From Azolla caroliniana (taxonomy: Eukaryota; Plantae; Polypodiophyta): DNA of 64,000 bases. The stretch lies in NCBI GenBank assembly GCA_043228905.1, contig JBHGNT010000012.1, forward strand, positions 3,286,001 to 3,350,000, written 5' to 3'. How positions within the stretch are numbered: the stretch's first letter is position 1; each line of letters starts with the position of its first letter. Positions 33,464 through 45,353 of this stretch are shown piece after piece. Below the pieces are notes generated by a model. That model was not told the origin of the DNA. It made no database searches and saw only the letters and a list, made by a program, of their open reading frames with translations. A program made the position numbers and the translations under genes.

Positions 33464-36400
33464 ATGGCTTCAACAAGCGGAAATCAAGGAGAGGAATTAA
33501 TGAAAGGCATGGTGTCCATAATGGAATACATGCTGAAGGTGAGAGATCGAGAAGCTTTAATCGACAAAGCTGTTGATCATACGGTCGAGATAGTTGGACG
33601 ATTTGGTGGCAAGAACATCACGGATTTTCTTGCTACCTATCGGAACGAGATGCAACAAAGGGATGTCAACGATCTCAGACAAATTTCTAGCTTCAAACGT
33701 GTGGTGGAACCACGGATCCGCGAGCGCATCATGGAGATCCAAAGCGAGCATGCAACTTGGGCGGAGTTCGAAAAGGCCCTTCTTGCTGAATACATGCTTG
33801 AAGACGCGTCACGGATGACTCGACATACGCTATGACGTGGATCGAGAAGAAAGGGAAGAATATGTGTGCGTCGGGAGTATATGCGGAATTCAACCAAAAG
33901 TACAACCGACTTCCAAGTGTTGATCAACGAGTTCTCGATGGAGATAAAGTCCTACTATTCCTGAAGGCGATGGATGCAAAAGATCGGCGAGAATTGGGCA
34001 ACTTTTTGGAGGATGAAACACAACCGAATGGCTTGGTAGCAGACTAGGTGATGGTGAAGAAGGCTTGTAGCCGTCTTGACAAGCGTCGACAATGGCAAGA
34101 GGAAACTGATATGGAGAATCCACAATCGTAGAGGAGGAAGGCACCTGTGAGGATTGAGTCTAACAAGACGATCAACAATTTTGACAAGAAAGCGATGGAG
34201 GAATTTATAATCGAAGAGCTCTCTAAGAAGTTTGACGCAGTATTGCTGGCCAACTTAGGTCGACGCGGGCCGAAGGGAAAAGAAGCGTATAGATGTGTGT
34301 GGTGCGACAATTTCGAGCACTCGCGAAGGGAGTGCACTGACTTGCAAGACGCGATTCGCAAGAATGTCGTCTATTTGGACGGCAACATGATCCACTCGAG
34401 TAAGATCCGAAGGCCGCTACGAGTGAACTTCGGAAGAGGCAGGCTGAAAAAGATCGTGGAAGAGGAAGATGCAAGGCATGTGGAAGCCATGCACTACGCC
34501 GCATCGGCGGGAATACGAGTCGGAAGAGAGAATCTAAAGACGATCAAGCCGGGAGTTGGATTTTGGCCAACGGTATTCGAGTGTGAAAAGAAAGGAAAAA
34601 TAGATTTGGAGGATCTAAAACATGCTGATCGGAATGTGCGACGAGTTACCGGATGGTCAGATCTAGTCGACGATAATACAAGCTTTGCGGAGGTTGTGTG
34701 TGACAACTATGAAGCTCTTGTTGAAGAGAAGAGGAAAAGAATTGGTGAAGAAGATGGCACATCAAAGCGTCACAATACAAGGAATGCAGGGAAAGAAGGA
34801 CAAGCCCAACCTATGCCACGAAAAGAGATAGGAGAAACAAGCATGAAGCCCGGTGGATCGAGCCAACCTTCTCGGATGGAAGTCGATGAATCTGTGAAGA
34901 AAGGAAAGGAACGAGTGGCGCCGACTTACAACCTAAGTTCAGACATAGAACAAACAACCAACTTGCGGAAGGTTCTTGAGGAGAAGGTTTTTAATGGGAT
35001 GAAGAAGAGGTGAAAACAAGTGCCATAACCATGGCAAGATCCAAAGAGGAGGAAGAAGAAGTGATGGCGGACAACCATTACTCTCGCCCTCATTGGGCAA
35101 GAGCGACAACGGAGACGCCGGTGAAGATCGGAGAAAAGAAGGTGACCGTGGTAGCCTTGATTGACCATGGTTCAGAGATCAACCTCATGTCGACCGAATT
35201 CTACAAGAAAGGAAGATGGCCGATCAACACAAACCACGGATGGAAGATAGGAGCGGCAACGAAGGCCACGGAAGACTGGTACGGAGCTTGCCCCAATGTT
35301 AAAGTCACAATCGGAGATGTGGAGATGGATCAACACTTCTTCGTGCAAGACTCGGCTTCACATCCTGTCATCCTAGGACAACCATATATCACATCGTCCC
35401 GGATGGAGACTAAGGTGTTCGATAATGGAGCGGCCTTCGCGCGAGTCAAGAGCCTTGACAATCAAAGATCTCTTCAATTCCTTACGGTGCGGGCTAATCA
35501 CGAAAGGAACCGAGATAGCCTTGGAGGCGAATCGTCGGAATTTTAGAGCGGACTATTGAAGCGTGGGGCACAAATAGTCTGAGCAATCATACGTCCCCAC
35601 AAGGAAGCGAAATAAGTGGATCGCAAGGAGAAGCAACATGTGTGATACCTAGTGGCGCATGTAAACTAACACTACTCAACAAGAAGGACAAGCGTAAGAT
35701 ACAAGACTTCGAGAAGATGTTGAAAGAAGAAAGCATAATCGAAGAAGAAGAATTCGTGTCTCATATTCTAGAGGAAGCCTCATTTAACGACACCATCGGT
35801 TAAATCGAGGAAGTCGTGGACTTGAGCTACCCTCACGATCAAAATGAGATTTTGGTTAACTCCGTCAACATGTACGCTATCATCGATGAATATCATCGAG
35901 GCAACTTGATGGAGGAAGCTGAAGTCAACACAAAATATAAAACGGTGGATAAGAAGATCAAGCCAGTTGCGGTTCCGCTACCGGAAGATAGCTGGCAGAA
36001 GATGAAAGAAGTTGCCAATGATCCGAGCTTAAGGGATCCAAAGGCAATAGGTCATGTCTTCACCAAAGAGACGAAAGGAAAGCTACAAGTTGGAAGGGAA
36101 GATTTCCTTCTCCCCGAAGAGGAGAGAATGTTCCGCGGAATGCTTGAGAGACATGGGAAAGCCTTTGCCTTCTCTCCACAAGAGATCGGATGTGCCGACC
36201 CGAAGATGATAGAGCCGATGGTGATTTTTACGGTGCCACATGTACCTTGGAACCTCAAGCCGATACCGGTTCCAAGAGCTCACATTCCAAAGTTGATTGA
36301 GCTTCTAAAGGAAAAGGTTAGGATGGGAATTCTTGAGCCATCCAATGCTCCCTACTCTAATAGATGGTTTACGGTGCCGAAGAAGAACGGGTCCTTACGC

Positions 36401-38994
36401 TTTTTACAAGATCTCCAACCCGTCAACAAGGTGACGATCCGAAATATCGGAATTGGTCCAAACGTGGATGAATTTGCCGAAGCCTTCGCGGGAAGATCGA
36501 TCTATTCCATTGGAGATCTCTACTCGGGCTATGATCAATTTCAATTGGTTGTCGATAGTAGAGACATAATGACAATGAGGACGCAGATCGGGTTGGTAAG
36601 GATGTGCACCTTCCCCAAGGTGCAACAAATTCCGTAGCCCACATGGTGAATGCCATGAATAAAGTGTTGAGGGATTGCATCCCCGATATCACAATGCCCT
36701 TCTGAGATGACATTCCAATCAAAGGATGCTTGATGGAAGCGAAAGATGAATCGAAAGATGAAGATGGTTGTCGAAGATTCGTCATCGATCACATAAAGGA
36801 TAGCGAGAAGGTGTTGCAAAAGCTTGAGGATGCGAATCTCACGCTTTCGGGAGAGAAGTCTGCATTCGGTCAACCAGAAATATTGGTAGTAGGACACTTA
36901 TGTGGGTCTTATGGCCGGAAACCATCTCCATCCAAGGTGAACGCTATTCAAGAGATGAAAGAAGAATGTGTGTCTGAAACGGAGGTGCATAGATTCTTCA
37001 GAGCATGTGCATTCTATCACATATGGATTCAACATTATGCCCATGTCGTTGAACCATTGTATGGACTACTAAAGAAAAGGAAGAAGTTTGAATGGGAAGA
37101 TGAGCATACCTACGCGATTCGAAAGCTAAAGAAACTATTATTGGAAGCTCCAGCACTACGCAAAGCCGACTTCACCGATGGTACCCCGATATATGTGACG
37201 ATGGATACGAGCCCAACCAGAATTGGATGGGTGATAAACCAAGAAGACAAAGAAAAGAATCGGTATGCAATCCGATTCGGTGCGAAGGTGTTAACCAAAA
37301 GACAAAGGAAGTATGCCCAAGTAAAGAGAGAGCTATGCAGAATAGTATCCGCAGTTAAAACCGACCGTGACTACCTTATAGGAACAGAGGTCATAATCGA
37401 AACCGACTGTCTACCTATTCTCGGAATGATATCCGGTTGTGCTACACCGGATATTGCTATGCTGCGATGGATTGCCTATATAAAGTCCCTCAACCCCGAG
37501 ATTGGGCATATACATGGGAAGCATAATGTGGTGACCGATATGTTGTCAAGGGCGAGGTATGAGGGTGAAGAAGATTTGCACTCCGACGAAGAGGATGTTG
37601 GCCTAAACTTCTTTACGGTTTCTTGTGCTCGGGTGCTAGCAGTGTTCAAAGTAGAAGATTATGAGGGTGAATTCATCGAAATTGGAAAATACTTAAGCTC
37701 TCTTACAAAAGATGAATCATGGTCAAAGGAAGACTTCTACCGAATTAGGAAGAAGGCCTACAAGTTCTTCCTCAAAGAAGGACATCTATGGAAGTTTCCG
37801 AAGAAGAAGAATGGAACTCCACTTCGAGTGGTGTGCAAGAAACAAGATCAACAAACACTAATTGCTGAATTTCATGATAGTGTGTGGGCAGGTCATCATG
37901 GTATATGGGCAACATTTGCAAAGCTCAAGGAGAAGTATTGGTGGCCAGGTGTTTACAAAGATGTAGCAAGCTATGTTGAAACATGTGAGCAATGCCAATT
38001 ATACTCAAATATTCAACATAGGGATGAACTTCATCCAACATATCCATTATCAATGCACTATAAGTGGTTGGTAGACATAGTGGTTATGCCAATGGGATTG
38101 GGGCAAATGAAATATCTCGTGCTAGCAAGAGAGGATCTCACCAACCAAGTAGAAGGACGGGCGCTAAGGAATAAAACAACTTCGGCGGTTTGTAAGTTTC
38201 TCCTTGAAGATGTTATTTGTCGATACGGATGTGTCGGCAAAATAGTAGCCGATAAGGGAGAATTAGATGCGAATGAAGCTAAAGAGTTCTTTTCAAGAAT
38301 AGGCGTCAAATTATCGCTCACCATGGCGTACAACCCAGATGCAAATGGGAAGGTGGAACGAGGACATATTCCGATTGTAAAAGCTCTAGCAAAGGCTTGT
38401 GACAGCAAGATGGGGAATTGGCCACGATTACTACCTTATGCATTGTGGGTAGATAGAACTACACATAGCACGACTACGGGATATATGCCCGCCGAACTCA
38501 TATTAGGACAAAAACCAATAATGCCTATTGAGCAAAGTGTTGCTTCGTGGACATCTTTGCCATGGCAAGAGGAAATGAGTGGGGAAGACTTGCTAGCCAC
38601 GAGGATTCAACAACTAGAATGGAGGCCCGAAGATGTCAAATTGGCAATAGAACGGTTGCGCCAAGCTCGATTGAAGAACAAGGAGAATTTTGATAGAAAG
38701 CATCGTCTCCGACAAAGAAAAATTGAAGAAGGAGATTGGGTTCTTGTCTATGATAGTAGTCTCGATAATCAATATAGCACTACTCGAAAGTTCGTGAAAC
38801 GATGGTTTGGCCCGTATATGGTCAAGAAAATAGAAAGCAATGCAACCTATTTTTTAGCGGAGTTAGATGGAACTCGACTTGCTTTGCCAATAGCAGGGAA
38901 GAGGATCAAGATCTTTAAGAGAAGAGAGGCCCCAAATCTTGAGATCGAAGCTCTAGATGATGTATCCTCAAACATCGAGGTTGAAGAAGAGTAA
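33464..38994 (+). pseudogene. Gypsy gag-pro / RT-RNase H-integrase, with stops and frameshifts
   Basis: CVWCDNFEHSRREC knuckle; protease ALIDHGSEINLM; RT WFTVPKKNGSLRFLQDLQPVN and DLYSGYDQ, with the YxDD position reading F*DD; RNase H DTSP...TDCLP; integrase H-H-CEQC, D...DKGE...NGKVER and WFGPY. Confidence 0.93.
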
Positions 38995-39832
38995 TTAAAA
39001 AAGAGGAACCTCACCACAATTGGCACATACCGGTGGATGTGCAGGTTTGGTGGGGGTGAATGTCGTGTGGTTTTTCACACACAATATGAAAACTAGTAAA
39101 ATAATTATTTAATATTAGCTTAATGTATTCATATAGATAGATGTCTTCAAGAGTTTCATAGCGTATTTTACTACGCATGAAACGGATAAACAAGTATCAA
39201 GCTATGTGAGTGAGAAGTTTAAAGAAGAAGAAAGAAAAGACAAAACTGTGAGATATCCCACATAGATAGTACAACATTGGAACCCAGGATATATAAGGGA
39301 AACCAAAACATATTCATTTTATCAATGTGTGGAACACAGAATGTTCAAGGTGACTTGGGCTACACTATATGGTGTGCATGGCCGTGTGGACGTTTTCGGA
39401 CGTACGCGCGGATGTACGCGCGTGTGCAAGTTTCGGGCGTACGCATAGACGTTTCGGATGAATGCGTCTGTGCGCACGCGCGCATGCGTGGACGTACGCG
39501 TAGACGTTTCGGACGGACGCGTGTATGCGCACGTGCGCATGCGTGGATGCGTACACTACGGCGTGGTCGAGACTTTCGTGCGTGGATGCGTACACGGTGC
39601 GGGTTTGACGCGTGCACGTGTGGATGCGTACACTACGGCGCGGTTGGGACACACGCATGCATGGATGCGTACACTACTACGCGGTCGAGACTTTTGCGTG
39701 CAGACGCGTCTACGGTTTGGTTGCGACGCACGTACGGATTGCGCACAGGCTAAACTTTATGGATGATTGTGTCATTTGGCCGAATTATATGGACAATCAC
39801 ATGCAACCAAAAGCCAAGGCCATGCAACTAAA

Positions 39833-40623
39833 TGTTGGGAGACAGGTCCCTCCGGATGGGAAGGGGGAAGATCAGTGACGATGGGAAACCGTATGAGGAG
39901 GACCCCGGCTACGGAGAGCCGGATGGTGCAGGCCCGGTATGAACCGGATGAGGAGTACCCGGTTACGGAGAGCCGGATGGTGCAGGCCCGGTATGAACCG
40001 GATGAGGAGTACCCGGTTACGGAGAGTCGGATGGTGCAGACCCGGCATGAACCGGATGAGGAGTACCCGGCTACGGAGAGCCGGATGGTGCAGGCCCAAT
40101 ATGAACTGGATGAGGAGTACCCGGTTACGGAGAGCCGGATGGTGCATACCCGGTATGAACCGGAGGAAAAGACATATTCGTAAATATGTTTCTGAGAGCC
40201 CATTGTGGCTATATTTGTAAATAGCCGAAAAGTCATATTAGTATAAATATGACTTAGGGCAAACTAATATTTGGTTGTTGTTATTTTTCTTGTTGGTGCA
40301 AGAAGAAGAGACAGTACGTAACGTTGTACAGAGAGAGAGAGAGAAAGAGGTCGTTGCCTCTGTTGTAACCGCCGCCTGTGGCGAAGATCGTGAGTCCGAG
40401 GTCGTTGCCTCCGTGAACTCACTGTTTTGTACATTCATACATAGTGACAGTTTGCAGCCTGTGGGCTGCCGTGGTTTTTTCCCCTAGTTTGGGGTTTTCC
40501 ACGTAAACCTCCTGTGTACCATTTCTCTTCTTTGTGTCGCGTTTCATTACCTGTTTTTCTGTGTAAGAAAAGAATCTCGGTTGTGGCCGAGTCTTGCGCA
40601 TAAGGAACGTCCAGTTCCCTTCA
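39833..40623 (+). mobile_element. Solo LTR (791 bp) of an unrelated retroelement nested in the gypsy 3' LTR
   Basis: TG...CA ends, 5-bp TSD CTAAA (39828-39832, 40624-40628), absent from the 5' LTR. TATAAATA at ~40242. Confidence 0.9.
39905..40167. repeat. 54-bp tandem repeat (~5 copies) in the solo LTR
   Basis: CCGG.TACGGAGAGCCGGATGGTGCAGGCCCGGTATGAACCGGATGAGGAGTAC units. Confidence 0.93.
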
Positions 40624-42199
40624 CTAAAAGCAGAGGCCATGCAACTAAAAATAGAGGCCATCCAACTAAAAGTGGGGATGCAAAGTGACATTGGGGAGGA
40701 GGATCAACGAGGAGCTCGATATATGTCCCATTTTTTCCCTCTTAGTTTTTTTTTTCCCCCCCCCCCCCCCTCTTCCTTCTTCTTCCCTCTCAAATTCGAG
40801 AAAAAAATTATCGCACATATTGATATCAAACTCCTAGCTTTGTTTACTTGATCTTTCTAGTAAAAATTTATCTCTCGTATTCAGATTGGACCACTCCTTG
40901 CATGGTTGTTGGCTCCTTTCTTTGAAAATTTAATCTCTCATTTCCATACCCAACCCATTGTAACACGATTCTGAAATTATAAAGACTCGATTTTCTTTTG
41001 CAATAAACTAATGATTTTTCTCTTCCACTTGTCTTATGCTTAAAACTTGCTTGTGTTGTACATGTTGCACTAAATCCTTCTAGTCCAGAACCCCGGCGGT
41101 TCCGTCTCACGATCCGCACATAATGACAGATTTTCACGACAGCGGTTGGCCGAGGTGGATGGATCCGATGAGGACGTTCCTCTTGCTGGAACTCAAAAAG
41201 ATAGTTATCACAGCGCACAGCTTGGGAAATAGCCTCATTCAAAGATGCGGGCTCAGGAAAGTTAATCAAAAGATTTTTTGTCTCACCTCGTAATCCTCGA
41301 CAGAATTGATCAAGGATGGTTTGTCCATCCCATTCGATATCGCACGCCAGCTGACGAAATTCAGATGCATGATTGATGCCACACGTTCTCCTTGTTGTAA
41401 TGCATATAATTTGTTGAGTGCGGCTCATCGTATGTGGGTCTCCCCGAAACTTGCTTCGAATTCGATAAGAAATGCTTGGAAGTCGATCAAGAGGGGCGAA
41501 GAGGTCTCCACCAAAAGGGCAAACCAATCTTGGGCTTGTCTTGTCATCAATGTGCCAATAAGCCCGACTCGTCGAAAGTCATCAGAATAGCATCGGGGCT
41601 GAAGGTGAATAATAAGGTGGATTTGGTTTAAGATGCCTCTTAACCGTAACCTTGTTCCATCGAATTTATCTAGCAAGCTAACATTGGGTTCTGTTGTAGA
41701 AGGGTCAATAATCAGGTGAGGTATGACCGTTCTGGTTGCTTGAAGTTCTTGGATGGAGTTTCGCAAGTTGGCATTCTCATGTTGGAGTTGTGGCAAGACC
41801 ACCAAAATTTGCTCAAGGTTACTAGATGATTCTGACATGATAGTGTATTGAGAAAGAGGAAAAAGAAGGAAGGAAATCAATCTGTAACGGATGAACAATT
41901 GAAAGATAAAGAGATGGGGAAGTTGATGGCAATGAGTAAGAATATCTATTCCATGATTGGTGTTGATTTCCTTGATGTTAACAGGGGAGATAAACCCTTT
42001 TTATACATGTAGTGAAGCAGGTTAAACATGCTCATGCCAAGTCTTATATACTATAATATCAAGCATACTAATTCTTGCATGCCAAGTCTTACATTCTGAG
42101 TCATATATACTCATTCTTACATACTAGTCTTATATACCACTGTTTATACAAAGGTTTAAAATCTAAAGTTTGTCTAGGAGAAATATATATATATACAAG

Positions 42200-42835
42200 A
42201 ACCTAAGGCTAAAATTCGAGTCGATGTTCATGACACTGGAGAGCTTCGTGAAGGCATCACAAGATGCCAAGTGGCAAAAGTCCATGGAGGAACAGATGCA
42301 AGCATTAGCCGCAAATGACACTTGGGACTTGATAGACCCCCCCAAACACTGCAAGTCGATATCGGCTGTAAATGGGTGTACAAGGTAAAGTACAATGTCG
42401 ATAGCTCAGTCAACCAGTACAAGGCTAGACTGGTGGGCGAAGGATACGCGCAAACCTACGGCATCAATTACAATGAGACCTTTGCACCATTCGTGAAGAC
42501 GACAACCATCTGTGTGGTACTTGCCGTAGCACCGGCAAAGGGGTGGTATCTTCACCAAATGGATGTGAAGAATGTGTTTCTTCAAGCTGACATTGAAGAG
42601 CAAGTTTATATGGTCCAGCCCCCCTAGATTTCAATCGGAAGTGAATAAGTCGGTAGTGTCCCGGCTGAAGAAGTCGCTATACCGCCTCAAACAAGCCCCA
42701 TGATCATGGAACTCCAGTATCACTCAAAGGTTGCGTAAGATGGGGTTTGAGACCTCACAAGATGACTCGTCTTTGTTCATCCAAAAAGGTCAAAAAATCC
42801 TGATTTGCATATTGTTATATGTTGATGACTTGGAC
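42200..42835 (+). pseudogene. Copia RT fragment
   Basis: WQKSMEEQMQAL..NDTWDL, GCKWVYKVK, YKARLV.EGY.QTYGINYNETFAP, QMDVKNVFL, LYVDDL. Confidence 0.88.
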
Positions 42836-44368
42836 TTACAATTTCTCTAAACTCTTAATTGAAATATGCTTAGTGAAGACATTTTTTCAAAAATTATATT
42901 AATGTATCTATGATTAAGTCAAGGAAGATGCCATGCCTACAACTTTGAGGTCACAAATACAAATGTCAATGCGAAAGAAAAAGTCTCTTTAGAAGGATAT
43001 GTCACCCACAAGTAATATAATGGTCATTGCGTTACATTTAAAAGTAAAAGACCCATAGGAAGTAGAAGTCAATCAATAAAAGATAATCATCTAGACATGG
43101 AAGAGGACATTGGAGAAGATTGTCAAGAAGGGAACAGTTGTTGTGGTTCATATACTACAAATCGCAAGGATAGTGATATGTGTGTGTGTGTGGTCCATGT
43201 ATGTCAATATTAATTACATTATATGTGCATATAAAATTGTACCTCTATTGTTTGTTGGTGATGTGAACACATGACATTGTTTTTTGCACCTCAAATCCTT
43301 AAACATATATTATATAATAAAATATATAGAGAGTTTTTGTTCGTTCGAGTCATTCGTTGAAATATTTTGCTATTGAGGTTATGTACACTTAAATTTTTCT
43401 ATGTTTTAAACTCAAAGCCTAGTAGTAGCCTAGAAGGATTATCCAGACTTTTACTTTTAATACTGTACATTTGTATTGCAACAATGTTGAAACACTTTTT
43501 AATTTCAAATAAATAAAATATTACATAGAATAATCTAATCCATCTAAAAGAATGATTTTAGGATTGAGTTATAATGATAAATAATCTGTAGTGAATTAAA
43601 TTTTATGAATCATTTAATGCTTAAAAGATGTCAAAAAGCTAGTCCCCAATAATTGGAGGCTATCGATCAGACAAATACAAGTATCGGTCAATGTCCCTTT
43701 CGAGAGTTAAGATATCTTTAGAGTGTCAAGCCCTTTGGTCTATGAGGGGGCACATGTTAATCGAAAAGGAACACTTCTTGTACTTCAACATAGTGGTAAT
43801 TCGAACAATATGTTTTAAACACAATTTTTTGAAATTCTCATGAATCAAGATATGCTTAATGAAGACTTTTTTGCAAAAGTTATATCAATCGATCAAAACT
43901 CTACTCTTTTGGTGACACATACTAACATCAAATGTAATCATAAGGAAGAGAAGATAGTTAATGAAAGGAAATCATCTAAATATGGAAGAGGACAATATGG
44001 AGGAGCATGATGACTCTCGACAATTCTTGTGCTTTGTATACATACTTTGGTATTACATATAAAATGGACATGTATATGAAGTAATTACGCGTCTATAATT
44101 TAGGTTGAAGCCAAAAAACGGAGAACTTGTATTATGCCCCTCAAATGTTTAGAGTGGAGAGGTTGATGTTCAGAGATAAGGCCAAGTTGGGAGCATCACA
44201 TCTCGGGGACCTCATATCATCTCAACATCAATATTGTCAAGGAGTTGGTATGCCTTTTTCCGTGGTCAATGCACCCAATATTTAAAATTACAGGGAGTAT
44301 GTGTCTTGACCCAACACATGAAGGAAACTCCAAGAAGAGTGATGAGGGTTGTTGATGAAGAGATCCCA

Positions 44369-44398
44369 TGACTAGGTCAAGCCAATCCTAATATAAAA
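44369..44398 (+). promoter_or_regulatory. TGACTAGGTCAA inverted W-box-type element plus TATA (44392) upstream of gene 2
   Basis: The exact 12-mer also occurs at 47936 and 53090. Further W-boxes at ~44264 and ~44306. Confidence 0.55.
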
Positions 44399-44486
44399 AG
44401 GGAGATGGAGGAGGCAAACATTACACAACACATAATTATTGAGAGTAGTAGTGCACATTATTATTAAACCCACAGAAAAGTCAGAG

Positions 44487-45353
44487 ATGATGGCCACAAC
44501 AACCAGCATCACCACAACAGAACTCCAGCCGTTAACAAAAGACTGTGCTACACAGACGAAAAGGAAGCTAACATTGGTGGAGCGGGCGATGATGGGGGAG
44601 ATCACGAAGGCGAGGGGCTATATGGAAGGGTTCGAGAAGCTGCGGGACGCGCATTCCACGCTTCTCTCGCTCCTCGCCATCGTAAATATAGTGGCCTTCC
44701 TGCAGCCGCCCAAAAGCTGGCGCGAGAGCGACGACCAGACCCCGCCGCCCCTCAATTCCGTGAGTGTCATGTACAGAACGGGGTCCATCGAGGCATTCGC
44801 AATAAGCAATAGCTTGTCTCTATACAGCGCGATCTCGGGCCTCCTCTTCTACCTCTACTGTAGCAATGTCGGAATCTTGTCGATTCCGGGCGTGGAGGTC
44901 CCAACCGAAGAGTATGACGTGCGCGGGATCCAGATCCTACACAGGATACGTGCGTGCTTGCGTCGCGTGGCGCTGCCTAGCCTACGGTGGCACGCCACTA
45001 TCCTCTCCTCGTTCCTCGCGGCTTCCCTCACATTCTCGGTCATGGCATTCATCGCGTCGGGCTACGCGGCCACATCTCCGGACGAGCGGCTTCACTATGT
45101 CCTGTTCCCGGGCATACCGGGCTGCATTGTGGTGCTTGGCGTACTCCTTCTCGCACTTCGCAAGCATCGGGTGGAGATGAATTTCGATAAGCAGTTCGAA
45201 AACTATTGGGAGCACGTCGCGCTCATAAAGAAGGACCAAATCCCCTGTGTTCAGAGTCTCTCCTCGGATATTCGGAAGGACTTTCAAGGCATCCCTCTCC
45301 CTTTCCTCGCTCGATTCTTTGTAAATGGAAACAAAACCAATGAACCTTTGTGA
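44487..45353 (+). CDS. PGG-domain-like membrane protein, paralog 2 (~288 aa from first ATG)
   Basis: Intact ORF with LLAIVNIVAFLQPPKSW, AFAISNSLSLYSAISG and FIASGYAATSPDERLHYV. Confidence 0.82.
   Translation: MMATTTSITTTELQPLTKDCATQTKRKLTLVERAMMGEITKARGYMEGFEKLRDAHSTLLSLLAIVNIVAFLQPPKSWRESDDQTPPPLNSVSVMYRTGSIEAFAISNSLSLYSAISGLLFYLYCSNVGILSIPGVEVPTEEYDVRGIQILHRIRACLRRVALPSLRWHATILSSFLAASLTFSVMAFIASGYAATSPDERLHYVLFPGIPGCIVVLGVLLLALRKHRVEMNFDKQFENYWEHVALIKKDQIPCVQSLSSDIRKDFQGIPLPFLARFFVNGNKTNEPL

Larger units (their letters stand above)
31765..41141 (+). mobile_element. Full-length, partly decayed Ty3/gypsy LTR retrotransposon with no chromodomain seen
   Basis: LTRs 31765-33406 and 39061-41141 with ends TGTCGTG...CACGACA. 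4-bp TSD GCGG (31761-31764, 41142-41145). PBS at 33415-33432 and purine-rich tract GGTGGGGGTGAA before the 3' LTR. Confidence 0.95.
30700..41898 (-). mobile_element. Older Ty3/gypsy gag-protease remnant, split by the 31765-41141 insertion
   Basis: Gag at 41146-41840 (DKFDGTR..LRG, AQDWF, F.RGLRGE.K..L...PEPASLNEAISQAVRCD) continues at 31760-31050 (PMEID, RRANNLCLYCGGPDH, KALLDSGATSCFID, LG..GLETHNPIVDW). Confidence 0.85.

Noticed and set aside
44439-44486. Longer N-termini for genes 2 and 3 given by the ORF track (starts 44439 and 48523)
   Set aside because: These use TTG starts; the first in-frame ATGs are at 44487 and 48574.
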